DNA from: an uncultured Verrucomicrobiae bacterium
Lineage (GTDB): Bacteria > Verrucomicrobiota > Verrucomicrobiia > Chthoniobacterales > Chthoniobacteraceae
Direction of reading: 5' to 3'
Length of the DNA stretch: 64,000 nucleotides
Assembly (NCBI GenBank): GCA_963769025.1
Contig: CAVYKI010000010.1
Coordinates: 460,585-524,584, forward strand
Positions 10,739 to 20,295 of the stretch are shown here, in pieces. The position numbers were made by a program, and so were the translations under genes. Below the pieces are notes generated by a model, which worked only from the letters and a program-made list of their open reading frames with translations, searched no databases and was not told where the DNA came from. The stretch's first letter is position 1; each line of letters begins with the position of its first letter.

Positions 10739-12253
10739 TCACATCAGGTTCGCGGCGACCTCGGCCATCTCGCTGCGCTCGCCCTTGAAGAGATTGATGT
10801 GCGCCATCCACGGCTGGCCTTGCAGGCGGTTGCGCGCATAGACGAGGCCGTTCGTGTGGGCGTCCACGTACGGATTGTCGATCTGCCCGAGGTCGCCGAT
10901 GAGGATCATCTTGCTGCCTTTGCCCATGCGGGTGATGAGCGTCTTCGCCTCGTGCGGCGTGAGCTGCTGCGCCTCGTCCACGATGAAGACGGCGTTCGGG
11001 ATGCTGCGTCCGCGGATGTGCGTGATGGCCTCGATCTCGAGCCGCCCGCTCGCGGTGAGATGTTCCCACGGGCGCATCGGTTTTGTCGGCCCGCTTTGCT
11101 GCGAAGGGTTCTGCTGGTGCTGCGGCTGGCGGTCGTCGGCCTTGCGCTGGCTCTGGCGCTTGTTCTCGAATTGCTCCGGCCGGCGCGGGCGCGTGAGCAG
11201 GAGTTCCAGCGCGTCGAATGCGGGCTGCACCCACGGCTGCATTTTCTCCTCCAGCTTTCCGGGGAGGAAGCCGATGTCGCGTCCCGTGGGCATGATCACG
11301 CGGGTGATGAGCATTTTCTCAAACACGCCGACCTGCACCTGCTCCAGCGCCGCGCCGACGGTGAGCAGCGTCTTCCCGGTGCCCGCCTTTCCATAGACGG
11401 TCACGAGCGTGATGGCCGGATCGTAGAGCGCGTCGAGGAGGAAGCGCTGGCCGAGATTCAGCGCCGCGAGCGTGCGGCCCCCGCGGATGGTGATGCGGTC
11501 GCGGCGCAGCTTGTGAAGTTCGCCTTCGCCGACGTGCCGCGCGGGGATGGCGTGCGTGGGCTCCTCCTCGTTGCGGAGCAGGAGGTAGTGGTTCGGGTGA
11601 AAATCCTTCGCCTCGGGGATGACGATCGTCTCCTGGCTCGCGTACGCCTGCACGGTGTACGGCGCCACGTCGAGCGTCTCATATTCCTCCTCGCTGCGGC
11701 GCATCGTGAGGCGGATGTCCACGTCCTCCACGCGGTCCGTGCGGTAGTCCTGCGCCTCCATGCCGAGCGCGCGGGCCTTCAGCATCATGTTGAGGTCCTT
11801 CGTCACGAGGATGACGGAGCCCTTTTCCGCGTCCGCGACACCGCACGCGGCGGCGAGGATGCGGTTGTCCGGCAGCGTGAGGTCGGCGAAGAGATCGCGC
11901 AGCGCCTGGAAGCGCGGCGAGTCGCTCACGAGCTGCCAGCCCTCGCCGTCGAAGCGCGCGACGGGATTGATGCAGACGCGCAGCGTGCCGCCGTTCTCCA
12001 GCTTCACGCCCGCCTGCATGTCGCTGGGGTTCATGAAGCGCTCGCTCAGCCGCCGGTGCACCTCGCGGGCGTTCGCGCCGCGCGTGGAGCTTTCGCTCTT
12101 GAACCGATCCAGCTCCTCGAAGACCTCGACGGGGATCCAGACGAAGTTCTCCTTGAACTGGAAGGGCGAGCCCGGGTCGTGGATGAGGACGTTGGTGTCG
12201 AGGATGTAGTGCTTCGGGGTGGGGCGTGGCGCAGCGGCTGGCTTCGGTGGCAT
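10739..12253 (-). CDS. PIN-PhoH (PhoH2-like) ATPase
   Basis: PIN HYILDTNVLIHDP, DNRIL, LVTKDLN; Walker A GKAGTGKT; IGFLPG, HIRGRSI, IVDEAQ, GDLGQID. Confidence 0.92.
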   Translation of the reverse strand: MPPKPAAAPRPTPKHYILDTNVLIHDPGSPFQFKENFVWIPVEVFEELDRFKSESSTRGANAREVHRRLSERFMNPSDMQAGVKLENGGTLRVCINPVARFDGEGWQLVSDSPRFQALRDLFADLTLPDNRILAAACGVADAEKGSVILVTKDLNMMLKARALGMEAQDYRTDRVEDVDIRLTMRRSEEEYETLDVAPYTVQAYASQETIVIPEAKDFHPNHYLLLRNEEEPTHAIPARHVGEGELHKLRRDRITIRGGRTLAALNLGQRFLLDALYDPAITLVTVYGKAGTGKTLLTVGAALEQVQVGVFEKMLITRVIMPTGRDIGFLPGKLEEKMQPWVQPAFDALELLLTRPRRPEQFENKRQSQRKADDRQPQHQQNPSQQSGPTKPMRPWEHLTASGRLEIEAITHIRGRSIPNAVFIVDEAQQLTPHEAKTLITRMGKGSKMILIGDLGQIDNPYVDAHTNGLVYARNRLQGQPWMAHINLFKGERSEMAEVAANLM

Positions 12254-12374
12254 GGAGATTTTGGTGCCCGCATCCGCAGGCGAGGCGACCGTGAACCCGG
12301 ACCCCCCGCAGGCGCAAGAAGGGAAACGCGGACAAATGCGGGTGCCGGACGTGTCTGGAGACGGGCGCGGATTA

Positions 12375-12493
12375 TTTAACGCAGAGACGCAGAGACGCAG
12401 AGGACAAAAAACGGGATACAGGTATGCGCCGTGTGATCACTTTGATGGTGTCGTGCTTCGCTTCTCCGCGTCTCTGCGTCTCTGCGTTTCAAA
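12375..12493. repeat. Inverted repeat of 8-mer tandem arms (ACGCAGAG)x3 ... (CTCTGCGT)x3, copy 1
   Basis: AACGCAGAGACGCAGAGACGCAGAG and CTCCGCGTCTCTGCGTCTCTGCGTTTCAAA flank ~60 unique nt. Confidence 0.85.
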
Positions 12494-12586
12494 ACTGCGG
12501 CGCGCCCGGCGTAGCATCGCGGCTAAGATTTGCACCGCGCGCGCGGCTTTGACTTCCCGACTCCAAATCCCTACAGCCGCACCTCC

Positions 12587-13844
12587 ATGAAACTCCGCGC
12601 CCTCATCCCTCTCGCCGCACTCACCCTTTCCGCCACCGCCGCAGACTGGCCGCAATACCGCGGGCCGAATGGCGACGGCTCCACGACCGAGTCGCTGCCC
12701 GCGCAGTGGCCCGCCGCGCCGAAGGTGCTCTGGAAGGTCCCCGGCGGAACCGGCTTCGGATCGTTCGTGGTGAGCGGCGCGTGGTGTTTCTCCATCGAGG
12801 GAAAAGGCGCGGATGAAGTGCTCGTCGCGCGCGACGCGGCGACAGGGAAGGAAAAGTGGACCGCCAATCTCGGCCCCGCGAAATACCAGGGCGGCGGCGA
12901 CGCCGGCACGAATGACAACAAGGGCGGCGACGGCCCGCGCAGCACGCCGACGCTCGCCGGCAAGGTCATCGTCGCGATGCACAGCGACCTCGTGCTTCAC
13001 GCGTTCGACGCCGTGACCGGCAAGCCGCTCTGGAAGCGCGACCTCGTCGCGGAGCACGCCGGCAAAAACATTTCCTGGTCGAACGCCGCGAGCCCGCTCT
13101 TCGAAGGCGGCCTCATCTACGTCGCCGGCGGCGGCGCGGGGCAGACGTATCTCGCCCTCGACCCGCTGAAGGGCACCGTGCTCGCGAAAACCGGCGACGA
13201 CACGATCACGCACGCCACGCCCACCGCGGCGACGATCCACGGCCAGCGGCAGATCATCTTCTTCATGAAGAGCGGCCTCACTTCCCTCGACCCGAAGACG
13301 CTGAAGCAGCTCTGGCACGCGGATTTTCCGTTTAACGTCAGCACCGCCGCGAGCCCGGTCGTCGCGGGTGACTACGTGTATTGCAGCGCCGGCTACGGCA
13401 CAGGCGCGGGCGGCTTCAAGATCACCAAGTCCGGCAACGACTGGAAGGCCGAGCAGGTCATGCGCGTGCCCGCAAAAGCCGCTCGCCAACCACTGGAGCA
13501 CGCCCGTGCATTTCGGCGGACATCTCTACGGCATGTTTCAGTTCAAGGAATACGGCAAGGGCCCGATCAAGGCCGTGGCGCTGCCGGACGGTGAGATCAA
13601 ATGGGAGCAGCCCGGCTTCGGCCCCGGCAACCTGATCCTCACCGCAGGCGGCAATCTGCTCGCGCTGAACGACACCGGCGAACTCGTCGGCATCGCCGCG
13701 CGGCCCGACGCCTACAAGGAAATCGGCCGCTTCAAGGCCGTGAGCGGCAAATGCTGGTCCACGCCCGTGCTGAGCAACGGCCGCGTCTTCGTCCGCTCCA
13801 CCACGGAAACCGCCTGCATCCAGCTCGGCACACCGGGCAAGTAG
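12587..13844 (+). CDS. Exported PQQ-like beta-propeller protein; frameshift near 13475
   Basis: Signal peptide, ADWPQYRGPNGDG, repeated DAxTGKxxW units, CWSTPVLSNGRVFVR. Confidence 0.88.
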
Positions 13845-13882
13845 CCGCTGGCGGCGGCGTGCACACCCGGTAGAGTAACGCC

Positions 13883-15304
13883 ATGACCCCCGATCTCCCC
13901 CATCTCACCCGTCGCACCTTCCTCGGCAACGCCGCGCGTGGCGTCGGCGCGGTGGCGCTCGGGTCGCTGCTGAATCCCGCTTCGCTTTTCGCCGCGCAGA
14001 AATGGCGCGGCATTTTGGCGGCGCCGCATTTTCCGCCGAAGGCGAAGCGCGTGATCTGGCTCACGATGGCGGGCGGGCCGTCGCATCTGGAGACGTTCGA
14101 CCACAAGCCGAAGCTCGCCGAGATGCACGGCAAGCCGATGCCGGAGAGCATCACCAAGGGGCAGCAGATCGCGCAGTTGCAGGGCAAGCAGCTGAACTGC
14201 TTCGGCCCGCAGTGGGCGTTCAAGAAGTTCGGCCAGTGCGGCGCGGAAATCTGCGAGCTGTTCCCGCACATCGGCTCGGTCGCGGACGACATCTGCTTCA
14301 TCCGCTCGATGACGACCGACGCGATCAACCACGATCCCGCGCACATGCTTCATGAACACCGGCTCGACCGATCCCCGGCCGCCCGAGCATGGGCTCGTGG
14401 CTCACGTACGGCCTCGGCAGCGAGGCGGAGGAATTGCCCGGCTTCGTCGTGCTCACCTCGCTCGGCAAGGGCGGGCAGAACCAGCCCATCGCCGCGCGGC
14501 AGTGGAGCGCGGGATTTCTGCCGAGCCGCTTCCAGGGCGTCGCAGCTGCGCGAGCAAAGGCGATCCCGTCCTTTACCTCACGCAATCCCGCCCGGCGTCT
14601 CGCGCGAGCAGCAGGGCGACGTCATCGACGCCGTCAACAAGCTCAACGCGCAGCTTCGACGCCGTCGTGGACGATCCGGAAATCGCCACGCGCATCGCGC
14701 AGTACGAGATGGCGTTCAAGATGCAGGCCAGCGTGCCCGAACTGATGGACATGGCGAAGGAACCGCAGAGCGTCCTCGACCTCTACGGCTGCAAGCCCGG
14801 CGACGGCTCCTTCGCCGCAACTGCCTGCTCGCGCGCCGGCTCGCCGAGCGCGGCGTGCGCTTCATCCAGCTCTACCACAAGGACTGGGACCACCACGGCG
14901 GCGTGAAGGACGGCATCAAGCTCAAGGCCGAGGAAGTGGACCGCGCGTGCATGGCGCTCATCACCGACCTCAAGCAGCGCGGCATGTTCGACGACACGCT
15001 CGTCGTCTGGGCCGGCGAATTCGGCCGCACGCCGATGTCGCAGGGCGGCAGCGGACGCGACCACCACATCCTCGGCTTCACGACCTGGATGGCCGGCGGC
15101 GGGATCAAAGGCGGCACGCAATGCGGCGAGACCGACGAATTCGGCTACAAGGCCGTGAAGGACGTCGTCCACGTCCACGACATGCACGCCACGATGCTGC
15201 ACCAGCTCGGCATCGACCACACGAAGCTCGTCTTCCGCACCCAAGGCCGCGACTACCGGCTCACGGATGTGTTCGGGAAAGTGGTGAAGGGGATTCTGGC
15301 GTAA
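13883..15304 (+). CDS. DUF1501 family protein with Tat signal; several frameshifts
   Basis: [57 protein letters not shown]. Confidence 0.88.
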   Translation: MTPDLPHLTRRTFLGNAARGVGAVALGSLLNPASLFAAQKWRGILAAPHFPPKAKRVIWLTMAGGPSHLETFDHKPKLAEMHGKPMPESITKGQQIAQLQGKQLNCFGPQWAFKKFGQCGAEICELFPHIGSVADDICFIRSMTTDAINHDPAHMLHEHRLDRSPAARAWARGSRTASAARRRNCPASSCSPRSARAGRTSPSPRGSGARDFCRAASRASQLREQRRSRPLPHAIPPGVSREQQGDVIDAVNKLNAQLRRRRGRSGNRHAHRAVRDGVQDAGQRARTDGHGEGTAERPRPLRLQARRRLLRRNCLLARRLAERGVRFIQLYHKDWDHHGGVKDGIKLKAEEVDRACMALITDLKQRGMFDDTLVVWAGEFGRTPMSQGGSGRDHHILGFTTWMAGGGIKGGTQCGETDEFGYKAVKDVVHVHDMHATMLHQLGIDHTKLVFRTQGRDYRLTDVFGKVVKGILA

Positions 15305-15347
15305 GCGGACGGCAATCGCCGAGCTGGGAGCTTGATCACCGTTTCCG

Positions 15348-15875
15348 ATGAGTAAGCGCTGGATTTACCTTGGAGCGGGAATTGCAGCCTATACCGCGCT
15401 CGTTTTTTTTGGAAAACGCACGGACCTTCTTTATTTAGTTCCCGTTGGTTTGGTGTTTTCAGCAGCCGGCGTCCTTAATTATCTCGGCATCCGGTTGTAC
15501 TCTGCCATTTCCGGACGTTCGTTCGGTGAGCGACTTCGCTTTAATTTGGCACTGGCCGCCTTCGGTGTCGTCCTGGCGCTCCCATTTCCCCTCCGGGTAG
15601 CAATTGACCGGCAGCGGGTGTCTGCTGCGAAGGCGTATCCTGCTCTCGTCGCGCCGGTGTTGGAAAAGTATCGTCAGCAACACGGCGCATATCCTGACAG
15701 CCTCGACGAACTGCGGTCGCGACCGTCCGTTCCCGGATTACTGCGCGGCAGCAAAGGCTACCGAAGATACGGTGCTGGCGATTACTCATTTGCCTTTCCC
15801 GACCCCACAAGGAGTTACGGAGGTTGGACCTACAGGAGCGATAACCGCACTTGGAGCTATTCCGAATTCGACTGA
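15348..15875 (+). CDS. Hypothetical membrane protein, visibly AT-richer
   Basis: 3 hydrophobic segments then LEKYRQQHGAYPDSLDEL (GspG-like helix motif). Confidence 0.65.
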   Translation: MSKRWIYLGAGIAAYTALVFFGKRTDLLYLVPVGLVFSAAGVLNYLGIRLYSAISGRSFGERLRFNLALAAFGVVLALPFPLRVAIDRQRVSAAKAYPALVAPVLEKYRQQHGAYPDSLDELRSRPSVPGLLRGSKGYRRYGAGDYSFAFPDPTRSYGGWTYRSDNRTWSYSEFD

Positions 15876-16058
15876 AGGCCCGGATCTGTGTGCGGAGTAA
15901 TGGAAGTTCATTCGGGCGCACCCCTCCCGGCACCACCTTCACCACTATCATCGCCGGCGACGCTGAATCGATATGTCCGGGGCTGGTGCGACGCAGGAAC
16001 GAGGAGCTGAATGAGTTCCGAGTTGTCCGCACCGCCCGGAGCGGCTACTGTCCGCCGC

Positions 16059-16286
16059 ATGAAAGCACCCGCGCTCAAAGACGGACGGTTCGTGACCGAC
16101 GCGAAAGGCAAGACGGTCGGCGTGCTGCTCGACATGAAGACCTATGAGCGGCTGCGCGAAGCGGAGGAAGACCTCGCCGACATCCGCGCCTACGACACCG
16201 CGCGCCCGAAGGTGCTCGCCGAGGTGAAGGCCGGACAGGTTTCCACGCTGACCGAGTACCGCGCCCGGCGTTCGCGGAGGAAATGA
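16059..16286 (+). CDS. Type II antitoxin
   Basis: FVTDAKGKTVGVLLDMKTYERLREAEEDLADIRAYD; ATGA overlap with RelE-like toxin. Confidence 0.8.
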   Translation: MKAPALKDGRFVTDAKGKTVGVLLDMKTYERLREAEEDLADIRAYDTARPKVLAEVKAGQVSTLTEYRARRSRRK

Positions 16287-16537
16287 AATACCGCATCGTC
16301 CTGCCGAAGACCGTCCAGAAGGCCCTGGACCGTTTGCCGGACGCAGCAGCGGGACGAATCCTCGTCTCGTCTCGCGGAACTCGAAACCAACCCACGCCCG
16401 CCGACGTGAAGAAGCTGAAGGGCCGGGATGCTTGGCGAATCCGCGTGGGAGATTACCGCGTCATTTACGAGATTCACGACCGCGAACTGCGAGTGCTCGT
16501 CATCACCGTCGGCCACCGCCGCGACATCTATCGCTGA
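16283..16537 (+). CDS. relE: RelE/ParE family toxin
   Basis: KKLKGRDAWRIRVGDYRVIYEI...VGHRRDIYR; likely compensating indels at 16370-16400 (alternate frame LAELETNPRP). Confidence 0.9.
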   Translation: MKYRIVLPKTVQKALDRLPDAAAGRILVSSRGTRNQPTPADVKKLKGRDAWRIRVGDYRVIYEIHDRELRVLVITVGHRRDIYR

Positions 16538-16587
16538 CAGCTTGCGCGCTCGACAGATGCCGCATTTTTAGCGACAGCTTCGTCCGC

Positions 16588-16992
16588 ATGTCGCCGGAAA
16601 ATTCCCCACGCATCCGCGCGTTGCGGATGCTGATGATGATGGATGCGGTCGTGCTCACCGGGCTGGGCGTGCTGTTCATCACCGTGCCGCGGCGCATCGA
16701 GGCGGCGTTCCATTTCCAGGATCTGCCGGCCGGCGTGGACTACATGATCGGCCTGTGGGGATGCGTCTTCGCGACGCTCGGGCTCGGCTACGTGCTGGCC
16801 GCCGTGGAGCCGCGACGGAACGTGCTCTGGGTGCAGATGGGAATCGCCCGCGGACTGCTGGAGGTGGTCTTCGGGGTGATGTGCGTGTTCCGCCAAATCG
16901 TGACATGGGAGCAGGCATCGTTCGGGATTTTCACGGCGGTGTTCATCGCGGCGGCCTACACGGTGCTGTATCCGCGAAAGGAGGAGGCGTAA
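16588..16992 (+). CDS. Hypothetical 4-TM membrane protein
   Basis: Four hydrophobic helices; GC3-rich codons. Confidence 0.7.
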   Translation: MSPENSPRIRALRMLMMMDAVVLTGLGVLFITVPRRIEAAFHFQDLPAGVDYMIGLWGCVFATLGLGYVLAAVEPRRNVLWVQMGIARGLLEVVFGVMCVFRQIVTWEQASFGIFTAVFIAAAYTVLYPRKEEA

Positions 16993-17201
16993 TGCAGTTC
17001 CTGAACATCATCCCCGCGCTGGTGATCATCGGCGCGCTGATCTGGGGCTTCAAGCTCGCGGGCCGTTGCACGGCGAGCGTTCCCTTCCAGATGTTCCTCG
17101 GCGTGCTGCTCGGCTTCGCGATCCTCGTCGGCGTGGTGTGCGTGCTCTTCGGCGTGCTGTTCGCAGGCTGCCTCATCATGGGCTCGCCGTCGTTTCATTG
17201 A
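16992..17201 (+). CDS. Small 2-TM membrane protein
   Basis: MQFLNIIPALVIIGALIWGF...; TAATG overlap and upstream GAGGAGG RBS. Confidence 0.65.
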   Translation: MQFLNIIPALVIIGALIWGFKLAGRCTASVPFQMFLGVLLGFAILVGVVCVLFGVLFAGCLIMGSPSFH

Positions 17202-17205
17202 GGCG

Positions 17206-17514
17206 ATGCCGCTCCGGCTGCCGATCCGCTGGTGGGAATGGGCGCTGCAGTTCACGCCGGCGGCGGTGATGTTGCTGGGGTCGGCTTACGAAGTGACGTT
17301 CATCCCGCGGGGCGGGAAAATGCTCGTGGGCGTGGAAGGCGCCGTCGCCGGTGCCTGGATCGCGCTTCCGCTTTGCTTCGTGGCCGCGTTTTTTCTCACG
17401 AAACCGCATCCTACCCCGGCGGTGCGGGCGCTCAGGATCGTGCTCCTGGCCGTCGGCCTCGCCGTCGTGAACTGCGCAATCGCCTTCGCCGGCTGCGTTC
17501 TGGTCCTGCCCTGA
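17206..17514 (+). CDS. Small 3-TM membrane protein
   Basis: Hydrophobic ORF starting 4 nt after previous stop. Confidence 0.6.
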   Translation: MPLRLPIRWWEWALQFTPAAVMLLGSAYEVTFIPRGGKMLVGVEGAVAGAWIALPLCFVAAFFLTKPHPTPAVRALRIVLLAVGLAVVNCAIAFAGCVLVLP

Positions 17515-17707
17515 CATGTCGAGCCCCCGCACGCGCTCGGCCTTCTCGATCCGGACCTTCCGGAAAAGAGCCACCCACCCGTGCCGCTGGAGCCGGTGAA
17601 GAGTCGATGCGAGCGGACGCTCGGTCCGGAAGCCGAAGCTGGCCAGCGCCTCCGCGAAAACCCAAAGTGCGCCCCGCGACCGGTGTCCCCCTTCAAGAAT
17701 GTTTCCC

Positions 17708-19126
17708 ATGCTCAAAAACATCGTCCTCATCCTGCTCGCCGCCGCCCCGCTGATTTACCCCGCCACGGCAGCGGAAGCTGCGCCGGAGGCGCGCGCACTG
17801 CGCGTGGATCCTCGAAGCGGCGACGACAAGAACGACGGTACCACGGCGCCGCTCAAGACCATCGCCCGCGCAATCCGCCTCGCCCAGGCCGGCGACACGG
17901 TTCACCTCGCGACGGCGCGCTATTTTGAAAGTGCGGACCTCACGAACAAGCACGGCACACCCGGCAGACCGATCACACTCGACGGTCACGGCTCGGTGCT
18001 CGATGGGAGCGAGTCGGTGCGCCTGGCAGATTGGGAGGCGCTCGGAGGCGGGCTTTTTCGCAAGGTGAAGCTCATGCCGCGCATGGATGACGCGATCATG
18101 GGGCGCTGGTTTTTCGTGTGGGATGGGAAGATGAATCACATGGGTCGCACCTCGAAGGGCAAAAGCGCGCCGCTGAAGACACCCGCCGATCTCCAACCGG
18201 ACGAGTGGACCTATGTGAAGGACGAGGACGCCTTTTACATCCGCCTCGCCCCGGAGCGCGGCCCCGACACCGCAAACATCCGCTACCCGGCGCGCAGCAG
18301 CGGCGTGGTCCAGGGCGGCAAGGGCTCGCATCTCATCGTGCGAAATATCATCGCCACGCACGTCTATAACGACGGCTTCAACATCCACGGCGAACAGCGG
18401 GCCATGGTGTTCGAAAACATCGCAGCCATCGAGTGCGGCGACGACGGTTTCAGCGCGCACGAGGATGGCGAGTGCCGCATCGACGGCTTCGTGAGCATCG
18501 GGAACTCGACCGGCATGTGCGACACGGTGTCGAGCGTCACGCACTACCGGAATGTCTTCATCCGCGGCTGCCTCGGTTACGACGTGTTCTTCATCGGCGA
18601 CTCGTCGCACAGCATCGAAAACGCGATCATCGAGAGCAGCGCGTTGCGCGCATTCGAGGCGGGACAGCATGCGGATCGCGAGCCGAATGGACCGTGCAGT
18701 GTCGTGCTGAAAAATGTGCGCTTTCGCCGTATCGGCATGCCTCAGGAGCTCCACGTGGGCAGCAACGCCAAGCTGAACGCCGAGCACTGCACCTTCCTCG
18801 GCCTGAGCGTCCAGGTTTCGCCCGGCGGTGAAATCGCCGCTCGCCAGTGCGTATTCGGCGGCGATCCGAAACCCGAAATTTTCCTGCAAGTGAACACGAT
18901 CTGGCGCGGCGCGGGAAACCTCTACGACCTGAAATCGCTGCGGCTGGACAAAACGGCCTTCACCGCAGAGACATTCCCCGCCTTCCAAAAACTCACCAGA
19001 GGCGATGCGGCCTCGCGGTGGGGCACCGATGCGAACCGTGCTGGCATCGGCGCGGATCCAGCATCGCTGATGCCTCTGGAGCAGATGGCCGCCGGTGTCC
19101 TCCAGCGCTGGCGCGAAACGCGATGA
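17708..19126 (+). CDS. Secreted right-handed parallel beta-helix (pectin-lyase-like) protein
   Basis: Signal peptide, GDDKNDGTTAPLKTIARAI, AGDTVHL, NDGFNIHG, DDGFSAH. Confidence 0.8.
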   Translation: MLKNIVLILLAAAPLIYPATAAEAAPEARALRVDPRSGDDKNDGTTAPLKTIARAIRLAQAGDTVHLATARYFESADLTNKHGTPGRPITLDGHGSVLDGSESVRLADWEALGGGLFRKVKLMPRMDDAIMGRWFFVWDGKMNHMGRTSKGKSAPLKTPADLQPDEWTYVKDEDAFYIRLAPERGPDTANIRYPARSSGVVQGGKGSHLIVRNIIATHVYNDGFNIHGEQRAMVFENIAAIECGDDGFSAHEDGECRIDGFVSIGNSTGMCDTVSSVTHYRNVFIRGCLGYDVFFIGDSSHSIENAIIESSALRAFEAGQHADREPNGPCSVVLKNVRFRRIGMPQELHVGSNAKLNAEHCTFLGLSVQVSPGGEIAARQCVFGGDPKPEIFLQVNTIWRGAGNLYDLKSLRLDKTAFTAETFPAFQKLTRGDAASRWGTDANRAGIGADPASLMPLEQMAAGVLQRWRETR

Positions 19127-19174
19127 CATCGCGGAGCCTTGGCTCCCTGCCACGGTGCGGCGCGGGGCAAGCCG

Positions 19175-19975
19175 CTAGGTCTCCGACTTCATGTCCTCTG
19201 GCGTCTCGCAGTCATCTTCCTCCACCAGAATCGAGCGCTGCTGGAGGATGTGGTCGAGTCGCTTCCAGTGGAACCACAGGCCGACAATGTTTTCGTAGCG
19301 CTTGATGACCCGCTGCTGGTTGTCCACGGCGATCAGGTCGCCGCCGCCAAATCCGAGCAGCGTCTCGAGCACGTCGCGATATTTCGTCATGAAGCGCAGG
19401 CCCGTCCGATCCGTCCGCTCGGAGCCTTCGCCAAAGTGATACTCCGCGATCTCGTTCGGGGTGAATTTTTTCCTGCGGTTGAAACCCATCTCGAACAGCG
19501 ACGCCACCCAGGGGATGAGCAGCAGCCAGCAGATGACCGACACCGTGCCGGGGTCGAACTGCGGATTGAGCGACGCAAAGTACTTCATGATCGAGCCGAG
19601 GATCACGACGTTGTGCAGCCCTTCCATGTACCTCGCAAAGAGCCACAGCACCGACACCACGAGCGTGCAGAGGATGAGCTTTTTCAGGCTCAGGTCGTAG
19701 AGCATCGCGAGGAGGAAATAGACGAGCGTGAAGATGAAAATCCACGCGCCCGCGCCCGCACTGATGATGCCCGGGCAGAGCCCCCGCAGCAAGAAGCCCA
19801 CGGCGATCACGATCCACAGGAAAAATGCGGGCGGTGCGGAATAGACGGTGATCTCATCCAGCTTCCTCTTGCCTCCCCCGGAGCGGCTCCCGCCGGACGT
19901 GCCCGGCTTGGACTTTGCGTCCGGTTCCTGTTGCGGTTTGTCGAAAGGTGACTGCGGTTCTTGTGGATCAGCCAT
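19175..19975 (-). CDS. Hypothetical 4-TM protein with soluble C-terminal domain
   Basis: Clean ORF, GC3-biased codons, hydrophobic helices. Confidence 0.7.
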   Translation of the reverse strand: MADPQEPQSPFDKPQQEPDAKSKPGTSGGSRSGGGKRKLDEITVYSAPPAFFLWIVIAVGFLLRGLCPGIISAGAGAWIFIFTLVYFLLAMLYDLSLKKLILCTLVVSVLWLFARYMEGLHNVVILGSIMKYFASLNPQFDPGTVSVICWLLLIPWVASLFEMGFNRRKKFTPNEIAEYHFGEGSERTDRTGLRFMTKYRDVLETLLGFGGGDLIAVDNQQRVIKRYENIVGLWFHWKRLDHILQQRSILVEEDDCETPEDMKSET

Positions 19976-20052
19976 GGCGGGTGCCGGAGCGATTACCCTT
20001 AGCGGCGTGCTGGAGCAAGCGAAACGCAGCGGCGCAAAGGCCGCGCATTTTA

Positions 20053-20286
20053 TGAAACGCAGAGGCGCAGAGACGCGGAGAACGGAAGGGCTGGCGCCCG
20101 CCCTGCCCGTAGCCGCCGCCGGAAGGAGGCGGGCCATTTGGAAACCGGAGACTGAAACGAGAAGCAGCCCGAACAGCTTTGCCGCGGTGCTCTCGGAAAT
20201 ACCGAGTGCCCGCCTCCTTCCGTCGGCGGCTACAGGGCTCAGTTCTGCCGCTTCTTCCTCCGCGTCTCTGCGTCTCCGCGTTTCAA
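20053..20286. repeat. 8-mer-arm inverted repeat copy 2, enclosing a GTAG-type REP doublet (20109-20233)
   Basis: Outer TGAAACGCAGAGGCGCAGAGACGCGGAG / CTCCGCGTCTCTGCGTCTCCGCGTTTCA; inner GTAGCCGCCGCCGGAAGGAGGCGGGC / GCCCGCCTCCTTCCGTCGGCGGCTAC. Confidence 0.85.
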
Positions 20287-20295
20287 ACTCCGCGC

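Noticed and set aside
9773..12379. 868-aa plus-strand ORF; similar long ORFs at 21772-24597, 24162-26435 and 30618-32969
   Set aside because: Antisense shadows of clear genes, expected at high GC
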